Virus record (IMG/VR): IMGVR_UViG_3300048998_000202
Source: a virus
Lineage: Duplodnaviria; Caudoviricetes
Length of the DNA stretch: 64,000 bases
Reading direction: 5' to 3' (one strand)
A program made the position numbers and the translations under genes. The notes below the pieces were generated by a model, which had not been told where the DNA came from, ran no database searches, and worked only from the letters and a program-made list of their open reading frames with translations. Below are positions 1 to 10,193 of this stretch, piece after piece. The first letter of the stretch is position 1, and every line of letters starts with the position of its first letter.

Positions 1-613
1 AGTTCTTCCGGTACTGGTTGACGATGAAGGCGGCCGTGTTGGTCTGCCGGGCGATGGTCGCGATCTGCTTGGACATGCGGGTCAGAAGCTGCGCCGCCTT
101 GCCCATGGTGGACTCGGACGCAGTCTTGTCGTACAGGGCGTCCTCACGCTCCATGGCGCCCACCGAGTCGATGGCGGCCATGGAGAACAGGCCGGTCCGG
201 AGATCGTCCCGGAGCATGTCCGCGACCTCTTCAGCACTGTCCGGCTGCCTCCACAAGACCCGGGGGTCGTCGGGGTCCACCCCGTGGGCCAGGAAGCGCT
301 CCTCGGTGACGGTCTTCTCCACGTCCAGGTACACCACGCCCTGCTCCGGGTAGAGCTCCAAGGCGTTGTGCATGGCGATCAGCATCATCGAGGTCTTGCA
401 CGTGTTCGGCTGGCCGATGATCTGGTGGTAGCGGCCCCGGGCCCAGCCGCCTCCCAGGGCGAGATCCAGGCCCGTCACGCCGGAGGGGATGAAGTCGATC
501 GGGTGCCGGGTCTCCTTGCGGACGATGCGCTCGCCGTACTTCTTCTCCTGCGCCTTGCGGTACGTCGCCAAAGAGGCGGGGGGGGTGTAGGTCTTCTTGA
601 CCTTGGGGGGCAC
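1..613 (-). CDS. recA: RecA/UvsX-like recombinase (runs off the window edge; not in the ORF track)
   Basis: Manual translation from GTG at 613: IPSGVTGLDLALGGGWARGRYHQIIGQPNTCKT (Walker A-like), YLDVEKT, AAIDSVGAM (Walker B), FIVNQYR. Confidence 0.85.
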   Translation of the reverse strand, partial: MPPKVKKTYTPPASLATYRKAQEKKYGERIVRKETRHPIDFIPSGVTGLDLALGGGWARGRYHQIIGQPNTCKTSMMLIAMHNALELYPEQGVVYLDVEKTVTEERFLAHGVDPDDPRVLWRQPDSAEEVADMLRDDLRTGLFSMAAIDSVGAMEREDALYDKTASESTMGKAAQLLTRMSKQIATIARQTNTAAFIVNQYRKN

Positions 614-622
614 AGGATCTCC

Positions 623-1351
623 TCAGATTCGCATGACGGAGGTGTTGCGGACCTCGACGGAGTTGAGGCGCTTGGGGTCGGCGCTGTGGTTGATCTGCCG
701 GGGGAGATCGGTCTCCGGCATCTCGTGGCCCATAAGATCCAACAGCGCAAGCACATCGCCGCCGACCTCGATCAGCTTCTGGCTGACGTCGTAACCCTCC
801 TCGGATACGGCCAGGACGTAGCCCGTCTCCCAAACGACGTCCCACTCTCCGTGACGCAGGCCGTAGTGCAGGTAGATCGTCAGGATCTTCAGGTCGAGCT
901 GGATGACGTAGGTCTCGCCATCTCTACGGAGCGAGACCGTGTATTCCCCGTCGGCGCCACGCCGACGGGCTTCCCCCTTCTGGTGGGCCAGAGCCGTCCG
1001 TACGGCCGCAGGAGCACTCTCCGGATCCGTCTCGGGGAAGTCGGGCAACTCGATCTTCTCCGCCCCGTCGGTGAGCTTCTGGCGCCGTCCGAGTTTGAAG
1101 ACCTGGATGTAGTCGGCGTAGTCGTGGGCGAGCAGCTTCTGCTTGACCCCGTCGATGGTCAGGGTGGAGCCGCAGTGCTGCCACCGTCGGCCCTGAAGCC
1201 TGTAGTGGATCGTCATACGCACGTGTTCGTTCTCGTGGTCCAGCAGCAAGCCGTTGACGTACTTGTGCACGATCGGCTGTATTCCGGTGTCCTCGATCAG
1301 GCGATCGACCATCTTCTGGATGATCGGGGGGATGAAGATCTCATCATCCAT
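623..1351 (-). CDS. hypothetical protein
   Basis: 242 aa ORF with RBS (GGAGA), packed between dnaE and recA. Confidence 0.7.
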   Translation of the reverse strand: MDDEIFIPPIIQKMVDRLIEDTGIQPIVHKYVNGLLLDHENEHVRMTIHYRLQGRRWQHCGSTLTIDGVKQKLLAHDYADYIQVFKLGRRQKLTDGAEKIELPDFPETDPESAPAAVRTALAHQKGEARRRGADGEYTVSLRRDGETYVIQLDLKILTIYLHYGLRHGEWDVVWETGYVLAVSEEGYDVSQKLIEVGGDVLALLDLMGHEMPETDLPRQINHSADPKRLNSVEVRNTSVMRI

Positions 1352-4300
1352 GGATTCTCCTTGTGATCACTGGCAGGTATTCGCGAACGACCAGGCCCCG
1401 GTCGCCGTCCTGCTTTTCCAGGACGGCGAGGCAGAGCTGACCGGCGTGCAGGCCGGTCTGGATGTCGGTCCAGGTCTTGGGGAAGGCCACGGCCTCCACG
1501 GTGGAAACCTCGGTGTCGAACGACAGGAAGGCCATGTCCTCCTGAGAGGCCCGCGTCTTGGTCTTGCGTACGCCCATGAGGATCGCGGCCACGGTGTAGA
1601 ACCCCGGGCCTCCGGCCACGAGCCGTTCCGCGTCGGCGTAGTACTCCTTGCGGTCCTCCGCCGGGATCTTGTCGAAGGGGGTGCTGGACAAGAACACTCC
1701 GAGCAGCTCGTGCTCTATGGCACGCACGTCCTCGTCGGCGTACGGCTCACTGGCCGCGAGGTGGTCGACCGGGGCGGGTGCGGTGTGCTGGCGGCACGCC
1801 CTGGTGCACTTCTTCGGCAGGGCCTTCAACGGCAGCAGTTTGCCCGTTCGGGGGTTGACCGGCGGCTGCTCGGTGGTCCAGTCGAAGGTGCAGGAGTCGG
1901 GTGGAAGCTTCGCCCGCTCGGCCGCGTACTGCTTGTCGAAGGACTCCTCGTACGCCTTCCACTGCTCTTCGGACTCACCTTCCGTCCGGGGTCGGAAGAC
2001 GATCTCCTTAGGCGTGAAAGTGACCGAGTCGTCCTTGAAGACGCATCGGGTGTCCTCGCCGCTCTTGCGGCCCTCCAGGAGGGCCACCAGGCCCGCCCTG
2101 CGGGGCTCCAGGGAGTCCAGAGCTCCTATCCGCGCCAGAAGCATCTGTACGCCGGAGTTGGCCTTCGTGCCCTTCTGCGTGACGTACTCGTCGAACTGCC
2201 GGAAGTCGGCGTACATCTGGCCCGCGATCAGGTAGTCCACGGCGGTCTCGCCGATGCCCTTGATCGCGTCCAGCCCGTACCGGACCGCGAGCGGCTCAGC
2301 CTTGAATCCCTTGCCGGAGGCGTTGATGTCCGGGGGCAGGATCGTGTAGCCCGAGCGCCGGACCTCCTTGATGAACTCGGGAATGCGGTCCTTGTCGATC
2401 GTGGACAGAGCGGCCACGAAGAACTCGATCGGGTAGTGGATCTTCAGCCAGGCCGTCCAGTAGCTGATCATGCTGTAGCTGTAGGCGTGGGCCTTGTTGA
2501 AGCCGTACTTGGCGAACTCCGCGAGCTGATCCCACAGGTGCTGGGCGACCTCCCGGTCCATGCCGCCCCACTCGCGGGCTCGGTGCACGAACTCCTGGCC
2601 TGCCGGACCGATCTTCTCGATCTTCTTCTTGCCGAGGATCTTGCGGACCTCGTCGGCCTCGTCCGAGGTGTATCCGGCGAGCTGCATCAGCAGTTCCAGG
2701 ACGTGGTCCTGATAGATGGGGGCGCCCTGGGAGTCGCCCAGGATGGTCTCCATCCGGGGGTCGGCGTAGGTCACGGTCTCCAGCCCGGCCCGGCGCTGGA
2801 GGTAGGTCTCCGTCAGCCCCGACCGCATCGGGCCGGGCCGGACGATGGTGTTCATGTCGGCCAGTTCGGACATCGACTGGGGCTTCATCCGCAGAGCCAG
2901 CCGGGTCCCGGCCTTGGTCTCGATCTGGAACATGCCCAGGGTGTTGCCGTGGGAGATCTCTTCCCAGACGGTCGGGTCGGTGTACTCCTCGTCCCACCTG
3001 TAGATCTCGATGTCCACCTGACGGTTGTCCCGGATCAGGTCCACAGCCATCTGGACGGTGTCCAGGGTTCTGATCGTCAGGATGTCGAACTTGACCAGGC
3101 CCATAGCCTCTAGGGCGACCATGTCGAACTGGGAGACCATCTGGCCGCCCTCGCCGCCCATGAGCGGGAGCCATCCGGTCAGCGGCCGGTCGGTGGAGAT
3201 CACGACGCCTGCGGCGTGCTTGCCGTACGACTTCAGTCGGCCGACCAGTTTGTCCGCCATGGCGAAGAGCTCGGGGTATTTCTGGCGGTAGGGGTTGAGA
3301 TCCTCGCCGAACTGCACCCACAGGTCGTCCCAGGCCATGCCGAGTCCGGCCGTTCCTGCTTCCGCCCCTTCGATGATCTTCGAGACGGCGGCCAGGTCCT
3401 TGTGGATCTCCGCCTTACGGGCGGTCAGTCGCTCTTGCGCCGCATGGCTCCAGGACTCGGTCCCGAAAGAGAATCCGCCTTCGGCCGGTCCGTTCTGGAG
3501 AGCGTCCTGTTCGGGCTTGGTCAGTTCGCCCATCATGGCCCGGCCGAGGTTCTGCACGATGCCCTTGGACTTCAGTCGCAGATGGGTGCCGATCTGGATG
3601 ACGTAGTCGGCGCCGTACTTCTCGACGAGATAGCCGATCATCACGTCCTTCTTCGACGCGGGGAAGTCCACGTCGAAGTCGGGCAGGGAGGTGCGGCCCT
3701 CGGTCATGAAGCGTTCGAAAGGCAGCCGCGCCTCGATCGGGTCCACTTCGGTGATGTCGGAGAGGTAGGCCACCAGGGATCCGGCACCGGATCCCCGGCC
3801 GGGGCCGACGAGGATGCCGCCGTCCTTGGCGAAGCGGCAGTAGTCGGCCACCATCAGGAAGTAGCCCGTGAAGCCCTTGGTCTTGAGCAGCGCGAACTCC
3901 CGCTCGAAGCGGGCCATGTAGGAGTCCTGGTCCGGCTTGGAACTGATCTTGTCCCAGTTTTCGATGCACAGGTCCAGCAACCGTTCGACGTCCTTGTCCG
4001 CGCCGCCCTTCTTGGAGTAGACCGGCGCGGTGGGCTTGCCCCCGATCCGGGCGTCCGTCCGGGAGATCAGGTCCAGCGTGCTCTTGACGGCTTCGTCGGC
4101 GGCGTCGGCACCGAGGTAGGCCAGGCCCCGTCGGACGTCGGCCTCGGACTGCATGTACAGGTCCAGGTTGACCGAGAAGAGATCCCCCTCGTCCTCCTGG
4201 TCGTCGTCCTTGTTGATCTGGACGGCGATCCACGCCTGGTGGGCCGCGTGGTCGTCCTTGGTCGGGTAGTGGGAGTCCACGGTGGCCATGAGCGGCACGC

Positions 4301-5312
4301 CGAACTCCTTGCCCATGGTGACCAGGGCCCGGTTGACCTTTTCCTGCTCCGCCAGCGCGTTGGGCTGGATCTCCAGGTAGAACCGGTCGCCGAAGATGTC
4401 GAGCATCTTGCCGAGGTTGGCCCTGGCGCCCTCTTCGTCGTCCTTCAGGATCGGGACGCTCAGCGGGCCCCGCAGGCAGCCGGAGGCGGCCATGATGCCG
4501 TTGGAGTGCCGTCGCAGGGTGTCCCAGTCCATCCGGGGCTTGCCGTAGAAGCCGTCGCGAAAGGACTCCGTGGACATGGCCCAGAGGTTGTGCAGGCCCT
4601 CTTCATCCATGGCCCAGAGGATCAGGTGGTAGTAGTCGTTGAGGACCTTCTGGGCGGCCGTCAACGGCTTGCCCTTTTTGGTCGTCTCCCCCACCGGGGC
4701 TTCGATGTCGGACCCCCGCAGGCGCCGGTCGTTGACGAAGTACGCCTCGATACCGAAGACCGGCTTGATCCCGGCTTTGTCGCACTCGGTCTGGAGCTGG
4801 GGGTGCCCAGAGCAACGGCCGTGGTCGGTCAGGGCAAGTCCCTGCTGGCCGTCCTTGACGGCCTCGGCGACCAGTTCGGAGATCGTGGACAAGCCGTCCA
4901 GCGGGGAGTACTCGGCATGGGTGTGGCCGTGCACGAAGCCGGTCTGCACCGTGGTCTGCACCGTGATCAGCTTGCCAGGGGTGGCCTGATAGACCTCGGT
5001 GTAGGACGGGACGTGGTCGAAAAGCGCCCAAGTCCTTTCCGGCACCACGTAGTTGGGGCTTCGCTCCTCGCGCTGCTCAGCGAAGCGCTCGGAGGTGATG
5101 GCCCGGATTTTAAAATCTCCCGGGACGATGATGCCCGCTGCCCCGGCCGCCGTCGCGCGGGCCCACAGGGGCGCGTAGATCTCACGGTGGTGCTGTACCA
5201 GCAGCCAACGAATACCGTCTTCGTCGTCTTCGATCAAGCATGGAACAGGGTGTGTCCGCCCGTTCAACACGATCGTGACTCCGTCGCTGGCGTACGACTC
5301 GATAGTGCGCAT
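1344..5312 (-). CDS. dnaE: DNA polymerase III alpha subunit
   Basis: PHP motifs HGHTHAEYSPLDG, ALTDHG, GIEAY; GPGRGSGAGSLVAY, PDFDVDF, GKHAAGVVI, KFDIL, YGFNKAHA; C-terminal OB fold. Confidence 0.97.
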   Translation of the reverse strand: MRTIESYASDGVTIVLNGRTHPVPCLIEDDEDGIRWLLVQHHREIYAPLWARATAAGAAGIIVPGDFKIRAITSERFAEQREERSPNYVVPERTWALFDHVPSYTEVYQATPGKLITVQTTVQTGFVHGHTHAEYSPLDGLSTISELVAEAVKDGQQGLALTDHGRCSGHPQLQTECDKAGIKPVFGIEAYFVNDRRLRGSDIEAPVGETTKKGKPLTAAQKVLNDYYHLILWAMDEEGLHNLWAMSTESFRDGFYGKPRMDWDTLRRHSNGIMAASGCLRGPLSVPILKDDEEGARANLGKMLDIFGDRFYLEIQPNALAEQEKVNRALVTMGKEFGVPLMATVDSHYPTKDDHAAHQAWIAVQINKDDDQEDEGDLFSVNLDLYMQSEADVRRGLAYLGADAADEAVKSTLDLISRTDARIGGKPTAPVYSKKGGADKDVERLLDLCIENWDKISSKPDQDSYMARFEREFALLKTKGFTGYFLMVADYCRFAKDGGILVGPGRGSGAGSLVAYLSDITEVDPIEARLPFERFMTEGRTSLPDFDVDFPASKKDVMIGYLVEKYGADYVIQIGTHLRLKSKGIVQNLGRAMMGELTKPEQDALQNGPAEGGFSFGTESWSHAAQERLTARKAEIHKDLAAVSKIIEGAEAGTAGLGMAWDDLWVQFGEDLNPYRQKYPELFAMADKLVGRLKSYGKHAAGVVISTDRPLTGWLPLMGGEGGQMVSQFDMVALEAMGLVKFDILTIRTLDTVQMAVDLIRDNRQVDIEIYRWDEEYTDPTVWEEISHGNTLGMFQIETKAGTRLALRMKPQSMSELADMNTIVRPGPMRSGLTETYLQRRAGLETVTYADPRMETILGDSQGAPIYQDHVLELLMQLAGYTSDEADEVRKILGKKKIEKIGPAGQEFVHRAREWGGMDREVAQHLWDQLAEFAKYGFNKAHAYSYSMISYWTAWLKIHYPIEFFVAALSTIDKDRIPEFIKEVRRSGYTILPPDINASGKGFKAEPLAVRYGLDAIKGIGETAVDYLIAGQMYADFRQFDEYVTQKGTKANSGVQMLLARIGALDSLEPRRAGLVALLEGRKSGEDTRCVFKDDSVTFTPKEIVFRPRTEGESEEQWKAYEESFDKQYAAERAKLPPDSCTFDWTTEQPPVNPRTGKLLPLKALPKKCTRACRQHTAPAPVDHLAASEPYADEDVRAIEHELLGVFLSSTPFDKIPAEDRKEYYADAERLVAGGPGFYTVAAILMGVRKTKTRASQEDMAFLSFDTEVSTVEAVAFPKTWTDIQTGLHAGQLCLAVLEKQDGDRGLVVREYLPVITRRIHG

Positions 5313-5334
5313 GGGTCCCCCCTAGCACGATCAG

Positions 5335-5371
5335 GACGGCCGTCCATCCCACGATCGGGTGGACGGCCGTC
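5335..5371. terminator. GC-rich hairpin between ssb and dnaE
   Basis: GACGGCCGTCCATCC ... GGGTGGACGGCCGTC inverted repeat. Confidence 0.5.
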
Positions 5372-5386
5372 ACGGAGGTCGGGGGA

Positions 5387-6319
5387 TCAGTTCCCGGTGA
5401 TGCGGGCCTTCATGGCGGCCAGCCTCTCCGCGTCAGGCTTCTCGGCCTCCTGAGCAGCGCTGGAGGTGGCCGCCCGGTCCACCGGAGCGCCCCGCTTGAT
5501 CATGTGTTCGGCGTGGGTACGGCCGTCCTCCATCAGGAAGAAGCGATTCCAGTAGTCGTCGCTCGCGCGGTGGAGAATCTCCCGGTTGAGCACCAGACCG
5601 CCCGGCTTCCACGCCCGCATGGCCGTCAGGTACATCTCCCAGTGCTCGGATCCCGGCTGGATAGTCGGGTCCGGCTCCAGCGCGATCGGCTGGAAGATCA
5701 GGCCGTTCTTGCCGTTCGGGTTCTTGATCAGCTTCAGCCGGATGTCCCGGCCGCGCAGACTGCCGAGCGCCTCGCCGGTCGCCTTGACGGCGCTCATCAT
5801 CTTGAACATGGTCTCGCCGACCAGGACGATCGAGGGGAGCGTGACCGTCTCGCCCTCGATCACGTTGCCCTCGGCGTCGTAGAGGGGGGCCTGGATCTCC
5901 CGGTCGCGGTACCGCTTGCGACCGTTCTCGTTCAGGTACTCCTCACGCTCCACCGCGATGGTGTAGCGCACGTCCTCGGACTTGGAGCCCTTGCCGAACT
6001 TGCCCTCGAAGCCCGAGGTGTCGATGGCGCAGCCCTGCGGGAAGCGCTTGGCGAGTCCTCCGGCCCGGCAGGTAGCGGGCATCATGTCCGGCCACTTGCC
6101 CTCGTGGCCCTCCGGCTCCGGCTTCGTGGGGAAGAACCGGTGCGTGGGGACCTTGCGCCAGTCGGGAGACTCCTCCAGGAAACGGAGGAAAGAGACCGAG
6201 CCCTCGTCCTTCTGGTACCACCAGGGTTCCCGGCGGTACGCGGCGCCGCGCTCCTCTTCCTCATCACCACGCTCGATCAGGTCGTCGAGTTCGGCATCGT
6301 TGATCTGGTCTATCGTCAC
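5387..6319 (-). CDS. single-stranded DNA-binding protein (gp32-like), putative
   Basis: FLRFL...THRFF...TCR...GCAID pattern resembling gp32-type SSBs; next to the polymerase. Confidence 0.55.
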   Translation of the reverse strand: MTIDQINDAELDDLIERGDEEEERGAAYRREPWWYQKDEGSVSFLRFLEESPDWRKVPTHRFFPTKPEPEGHEGKWPDMMPATCRAGGLAKRFPQGCAIDTSGFEGKFGKGSKSEDVRYTIAVEREEYLNENGRKRYRDREIQAPLYDAEGNVIEGETVTLPSIVLVGETMFKMMSAVKATGEALGSLRGRDIRLKLIKNPNGKNGLIFQPIALEPDPTIQPGSEHWEMYLTAMRAWKPGGLVLNREILHRASDDYWNRFFLMEDGRTHAEHMIKRGAPVDRAATSSAAQEAEKPDAERLAAMKARITGN

Positions 6320-7191
6320 TGGATTCTGCTCTCTTCGGGGGATTTCGGGTGATGTGGGGAGAATATGAGGGAATGCTCAATTGCTTTTTCGGCAATCGAG
6401 AGATCTGGAGCGGTCGTCTCGGAGAAGAAGACCACCGGTTTGCCGTTTACGTCTTCCAGCATGAAGGGCCGGTCTGACAATGCGGTCATACCAATGGAGA
6501 GCCGAGGGGTCACCCCGCGCAGGGACGCTGCCGTGGAGAGGAGCTCCTGCCACTGCCGAAGACGGTTCTCACTGGGCGAGTAGCCCGTGGTCTTCCAGGC
6601 GTAGTAGGAGTACTTCCACGGTTCGTTCCCGAACTGCTCCTGATCCTTCCGGATGGGGCTGACGCTGTCAACCTCGTCTTCGTCGAAGACGACGTATCCC
6701 CACTCGTCCATGACCTCTTCAGCCGTCGCCCGCAGGCCGGACACCGCCCGGCGGCCCACCTCCTGATGGGCTCGGCGCTTCAAGTCCGCCTGGGTGTAGT
6801 CGTCCAAGAAGATCTCTCCGGCGGCCGTCTTGTCGTACGCCTCACGGGTCAGAGGGTTCAGGAGCTGCTTGAAGATGTACGTCAACCGAGGTGAGGACTG
6901 GCCGTCCTTGGACGTGTACGCCTCGGCCAGTTCCTTGCGAGTGGCCCGCCAATGCGCCCCCAGCTCACGGTAGTAGCCGTTGACGTCATGGCAGGCCAGC
7001 AAGGCCACGACCAACGCGGTGGAGGTGGACCAGACATCGGGCCCGATCCCCAGCCGGACCGGCGCCTTGGAGAAGCAGTATCGGGTGTCCGCATCACCGG
7101 GCAGCACAGGCGCCTCCTCGTGGACCATCGGCCGGAAGAGGTCGTACTGCCGGGTGATGTCGGACAAGTCCAGCGGGGGACGGGCGGCCAC
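6316..7191 (-). CDS. J-domain-like protein lacking HPD
   Basis: GYYRELGAHWRATRKELAEAY...IFKQLLNPLTREAYD follows the DnaJ helix pattern. Confidence 0.55.
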   Translation of the reverse strand: MAARPPLDLSDITRQYDLFRPMVHEEAPVLPGDADTRYCFSKAPVRLGIGPDVWSTSTALVVALLACHDVNGYYRELGAHWRATRKELAEAYTSKDGQSSPRLTYIFKQLLNPLTREAYDKTAAGEIFLDDYTQADLKRRAHQEVGRRAVSGLRATAEEVMDEWGYVVFDEDEVDSVSPIRKDQEQFGNEPWKYSYYAWKTTGYSPSENRLRQWQELLSTAASLRGVTPRLSIGMTALSDRPFMLEDVNGKPVVFFSETTAPDLSIAEKAIEHSLIFSPHHPKSPEESRIQ

Positions 7192-7346
7192 TACTCCTCC
7201 GGGTCCAGGACGGGCGGGCCGTCCTCGCGCTCGATCTCCAGGACGTCGTAGTCGTCCAGCGGGCGGGAGGCGATGGTCCGGATGGTCTCCGGGTCCCCCT
7301 CCGTGTCGACGACTATCCGGCCCTCGTTACTGCCGTACTTGCGCAT
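7191..7346 (-). CDS. small hypothetical protein
   Basis: GGAGG RBS before ATG at 7346; stop overlaps the next start. Confidence 0.6.
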   Translation of the reverse strand: MRKYGSNEGRIVVDTEGDPETIRTIASRPLDDYDVLEIEREDGPPVLDPEE

Positions 7347-7354
7347 GGGTCCTC

Positions 7355-8494
7355 CTAGAGGTTGCACGGGCCGCTGTGAGCCGTCTTCTCGCATTTGAAG
7401 CAGTAGAGCACCTTCGGGGGGTGCCAGGTGCTCCAGGGGACTGCTGCGGCCACCAACTCCGTTGCCACGTCAGTCGGAAGATCCCCGGCGTCCTGCTGCC
7501 ACGAGGAATCCACGATCTTCACCGGGACGTACTGGGCGATGACCTCGGCCATACCAAGTACTGCCTCTTCCCCCTGCGGTTTCTCCTTGGTCGGCTTCCT
7601 CTCCGGACGTCCCAGGACAGCGGTCCAACCGGCCCGATCGTTGTCCATCCAAAGAGTGACCTGCCCGTGTTTGACCAGACGTCGGAGCTGGAGGTCGGTG
7701 ACCTGCGCTCCGAAGGTGGCCTCCCAGTGCAACGGCGTCTGCTCGTGCCGCAGCACGGACATCATCGACTCGACCACGACCACATGCTCCTGCGGTGCGT
7801 AGTTGAAGATCGTGGAGTCCTTGGGGAAGTCCGGACTGGAGTGGTACTTCGGGGAGTTGGCGATCCCCGAGTGGATCAGCGGAGAGTCGTCCTGCACCTC
7901 CATCGAGCGCCACTCGAAGGGGAGTTTCCTCGTCTGCCAGCCGACCAACTTGCCCTGCCAGAAGTGCGGGAGGACCACCCGGTCGGTCTTGGGATCCCAA
8001 CCAAGCCTGAACTGCTGGTAGGTGTCCTCGCTGATGTGCCGATCTTCCAGCAGATACGGGTGGTTGAACCCCCACCCCTTCAGCATCTTCTCGGAGTACG
8101 TGGGGATGGGAGTGACCGTCGGCCGGGCGTAGATGGCGTCCAGGAACTTCAGCATCTCGGCGAGTTCCAGGACCTGACCGCCGAGCCCGGCGATCTGCTC
8201 CAGCCAGCGCCGGGCCTCCAGAGAGGTCTCTCCCCGGCAGGTGGCGATGAACCACAGGAGCCCACCGCTAGACCCACAACCCAGACAGTTGTAGGTGAGC
8301 TTGTTGTAGTTCAGTGATGCGGTGGGGTTCTGCTTCTGGTCGGTGTGCAGGTCAGGGGATACGAGACAGCCGTGCGTCATCTCGCCGGTCTTGTCGTTGA
8401 TCCTGTGGATCTGGGCCCCGAACTCCGCCAGCAGCTCCTGGCACATGGCCCGCTTACTGGCCCCGGGCAGGAGGGACGCCTCGAAGTAGCTCAC
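7355..8494 (-). CDS. dnaG: DNA primase (zinc finger plus TOPRIM)
   Basis: C..H...YNCLGCGSSG zinc finger, VVVVES and WMDNDRAG TOPRIM motifs, QDAGD; start set to the GTG overlapping the upstream stop. Confidence 0.85.
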   Translation of the reverse strand: MSYFEASLLPGASKRAMCQELLAEFGAQIHRINDKTGEMTHGCLVSPDLHTDQKQNPTASLNYNKLTYNCLGCGSSGGLLWFIATCRGETSLEARRWLEQIAGLGGQVLELAEMLKFLDAIYARPTVTPIPTYSEKMLKGWGFNHPYLLEDRHISEDTYQQFRLGWDPKTDRVVLPHFWQGKLVGWQTRKLPFEWRSMEVQDDSPLIHSGIANSPKYHSSPDFPKDSTIFNYAPQEHVVVVESMMSVLRHEQTPLHWEATFGAQVTDLQLRRLVKHGQVTLWMDNDRAGWTAVLGRPERKPTKEKPQGEEAVLGMAEVIAQYVPVKIVDSSWQQDAGDLPTDVATELVAAAVPWSTWHPPKVLYCFKCEKTAHSGPCNL

Positions 8495-8889
8495 TCCAGT
8501 CCCTCCACCGGAGGAGTGTCGGCGGTCTCGGTCGGCCAGCCGTAGCCGCACCGCAGGCACCGCAGGCACAGGTGCGCCGTGACGTCGTCGGTAAGGGTCC
8601 CTGCGAGCAACCACTCTCCGCAGGGGTACTGCCCCGCGCCGACGGTCACCAGGATGACGGGGTGGTAGACGGCGCGAATCCCGGTGGAGGAGCACTTCGG
8701 GCACAGGGTCTCGTGCTGGAAGGGCCGCAGGCCGAGTTCGACGCTGAGCAGGCTGTCCGGGGACTCCGGCTCGGAGGTCTCCTCGGTGACTCCTTCTCCG
8801 ACGAGGTGACACAGGCATCCGCAAGGGACGCAACCGCTGCACCTCTCGCAACGCTCGTGGTCGGGGTCCTCGCAATTCGTGGCGCTCAT
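8491..8889 (-). CDS. small Cys-rich zinc-binding protein
   Basis: Several CxxC motifs (CERC, CPKC, CLRC); ATGA coupling to the helicase gene. Confidence 0.6.
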   Translation of the reverse strand: MSATNCEDPDHERCERCSGCVPCGCLCHLVGEGVTEETSEPESPDSLLSVELGLRPFQHETLCPKCSSTGIRAVYHPVILVTVGAGQYPCGEWLLAGTLTDDVTAHLCLRCLRCGYGWPTETADTPPVEGLE

Positions 8890-10193
8890 ACTGCCGCTCC
8901 GATCTCGTCCAGGACGGCCACCTGGTTGATCCAGGGGCGCCACGCCACACGGTAGGAGCGGTTGCTCGATCCCCGACGGGTGGCCAGGGTCTGCCACTTG
9001 ATCATCTGAGCCCGGCGCTCGTCCTCGGAGGCGTAGAGGCTGAAGACCCAGTCTGCGGTGCGCTCAACCTCGGACCCTTCCGCGAGCATCCACATCTCCA
9101 GCAGGCCGTTCTTCTTGGCCTCCCGCATGCCCTCACGGTTGATCTGGTGGGCCAGCAGGCAGGACATCGGAGACCGGCCGCCGACGGCGTCCTTCAGGTC
9201 GTGCATGACGTCGGTGATCTTGTCAGGACCCCGCAGGGACCGGTGCGACGCCTCCATGAAGGTGAGCTGGTCGATCAGCAGGCTCTGCGTACCAACGCTG
9301 CGGGCATGCCGGGAGATCCACTGCACCGTACGGTTGCCGCGCTGGGGCTGCACGATCCGGATGAAGTTCTTCAGCTCCTCCCCTCGTTCGGCGATGAACG
9401 TCTGGACGCGGTCCACCTCCTCCAGGGTGCATTCACCGCGCCGGTAGAGGTCGTGGTCAACGGCCAGGTGAATGCACACCAACCGGTCGTAGGACATCCG
9501 GACGGAGTTCTCCAGCGTGTAGTAGGTCGCGACGCGCTCCCTTTTCCACTCCTGGAGCAGCACGTACGCCAGGGCTACCGACTTGCCGGTCTTGGGTCCG
9601 GCGGCCAATACGGCGAGCTCGGCTTCGTGGATGCCGTAGGTGTACTCGTCCACCTCGTCGATCCCGAAGGCCATTCCCCGGTGGGTCTGGGAGGTCTCGG
9701 CCCGGCGGTGGTACTCCGCCAGCGAACGCTGGAATCCGTCAACGCCCTCCACCTCCTGGGTCTTGTCCCGCAGGGAGAGCACCAGCTCATTGAGCTCGTG
9801 GACCTGCGCCTCCAGGATGTTGAGCCGGTTGGTGGTGGACGACTCATGCATGGCCGCAGCGGCGTCCTTCTCCCACTTCTGGAACTCGTACAGGGCGAAG
9901 TGGGCATGCAGGGCATCCACGGCCCACTCGACTTCGTCCAACTCGATGTCCGTCTCGGCGATCTCCACCTCGGAGTCCTCGATCACCTGACCCCAGGTCT
10001 CCAGGAGCGCTTCCCGGGAGGGAGCCTTGGACTGACCGGATTTGTCGAAGTAGTCGAGCGACCACTGGACCACGTCACGCATCAGGGGCGTGGGAATCGC
10101 CTTGAGGTTCAGGCCGATCTGGAAGACGCGCTCAAGGGCGTCCACGTCGGTCAGGGAGCTGTACAGGGTGTCTTCGGACCGGGAAGTGGTCAC
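8886..10193 (-). CDS. dnaB: replicative DNA helicase
   Basis: AAGPKTGKS Walker A, YYTLEN, LLIDQL, AHQINR, SEVERTADWV. Confidence 0.9.
   Translation of the reverse strand: MTTSRSEDTLYSSLTDVDALERVFQIGLNLKAIPTPLMRDVVQWSLDYFDKSGQSKAPSREALLETWGQVIEDSEVEIAETDIELDEVEWAVDALHAHFALYEFQKWEKDAAAAMHESSTTNRLNILEAQVHELNELVLSLRDKTQEVEGVDGFQRSLAEYHRRAETSQTHRGMAFGIDEVDEYTYGIHEAELAVLAAGPKTGKSVALAYVLLQEWKRERVATYYTLENSVRMSYDRLVCIHLAVDHDLYRRGECTLEEVDRVQTFIAERGEELKNFIRIVQPQRGNRTVQWISRHARSVGTQSLLIDQLTFMEASHRSLRGPDKITDVMHDLKDAVGGRSPMSCLLAHQINREGMREAKKNGLLEMWMLAEGSEVERTADWVFSLYASEDERRAQMIKWQTLATRRGSSNRSYRVAWRPWINQVAVLDEIGAAV

Noticed and set aside
1344-5312. Intein in dnaE (or dnaB)
   Set aside because: No C/S...HN-C/S/T splice junctions or LAGLIDADG blocks seen
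1254-5453. Long + strand ORFs opposite dnaE and other genes (also 16097-17845, 34188-35828, 41964-43865)
   Set aside because: Antisense shadow ORFs typical of high-GC coding DNA
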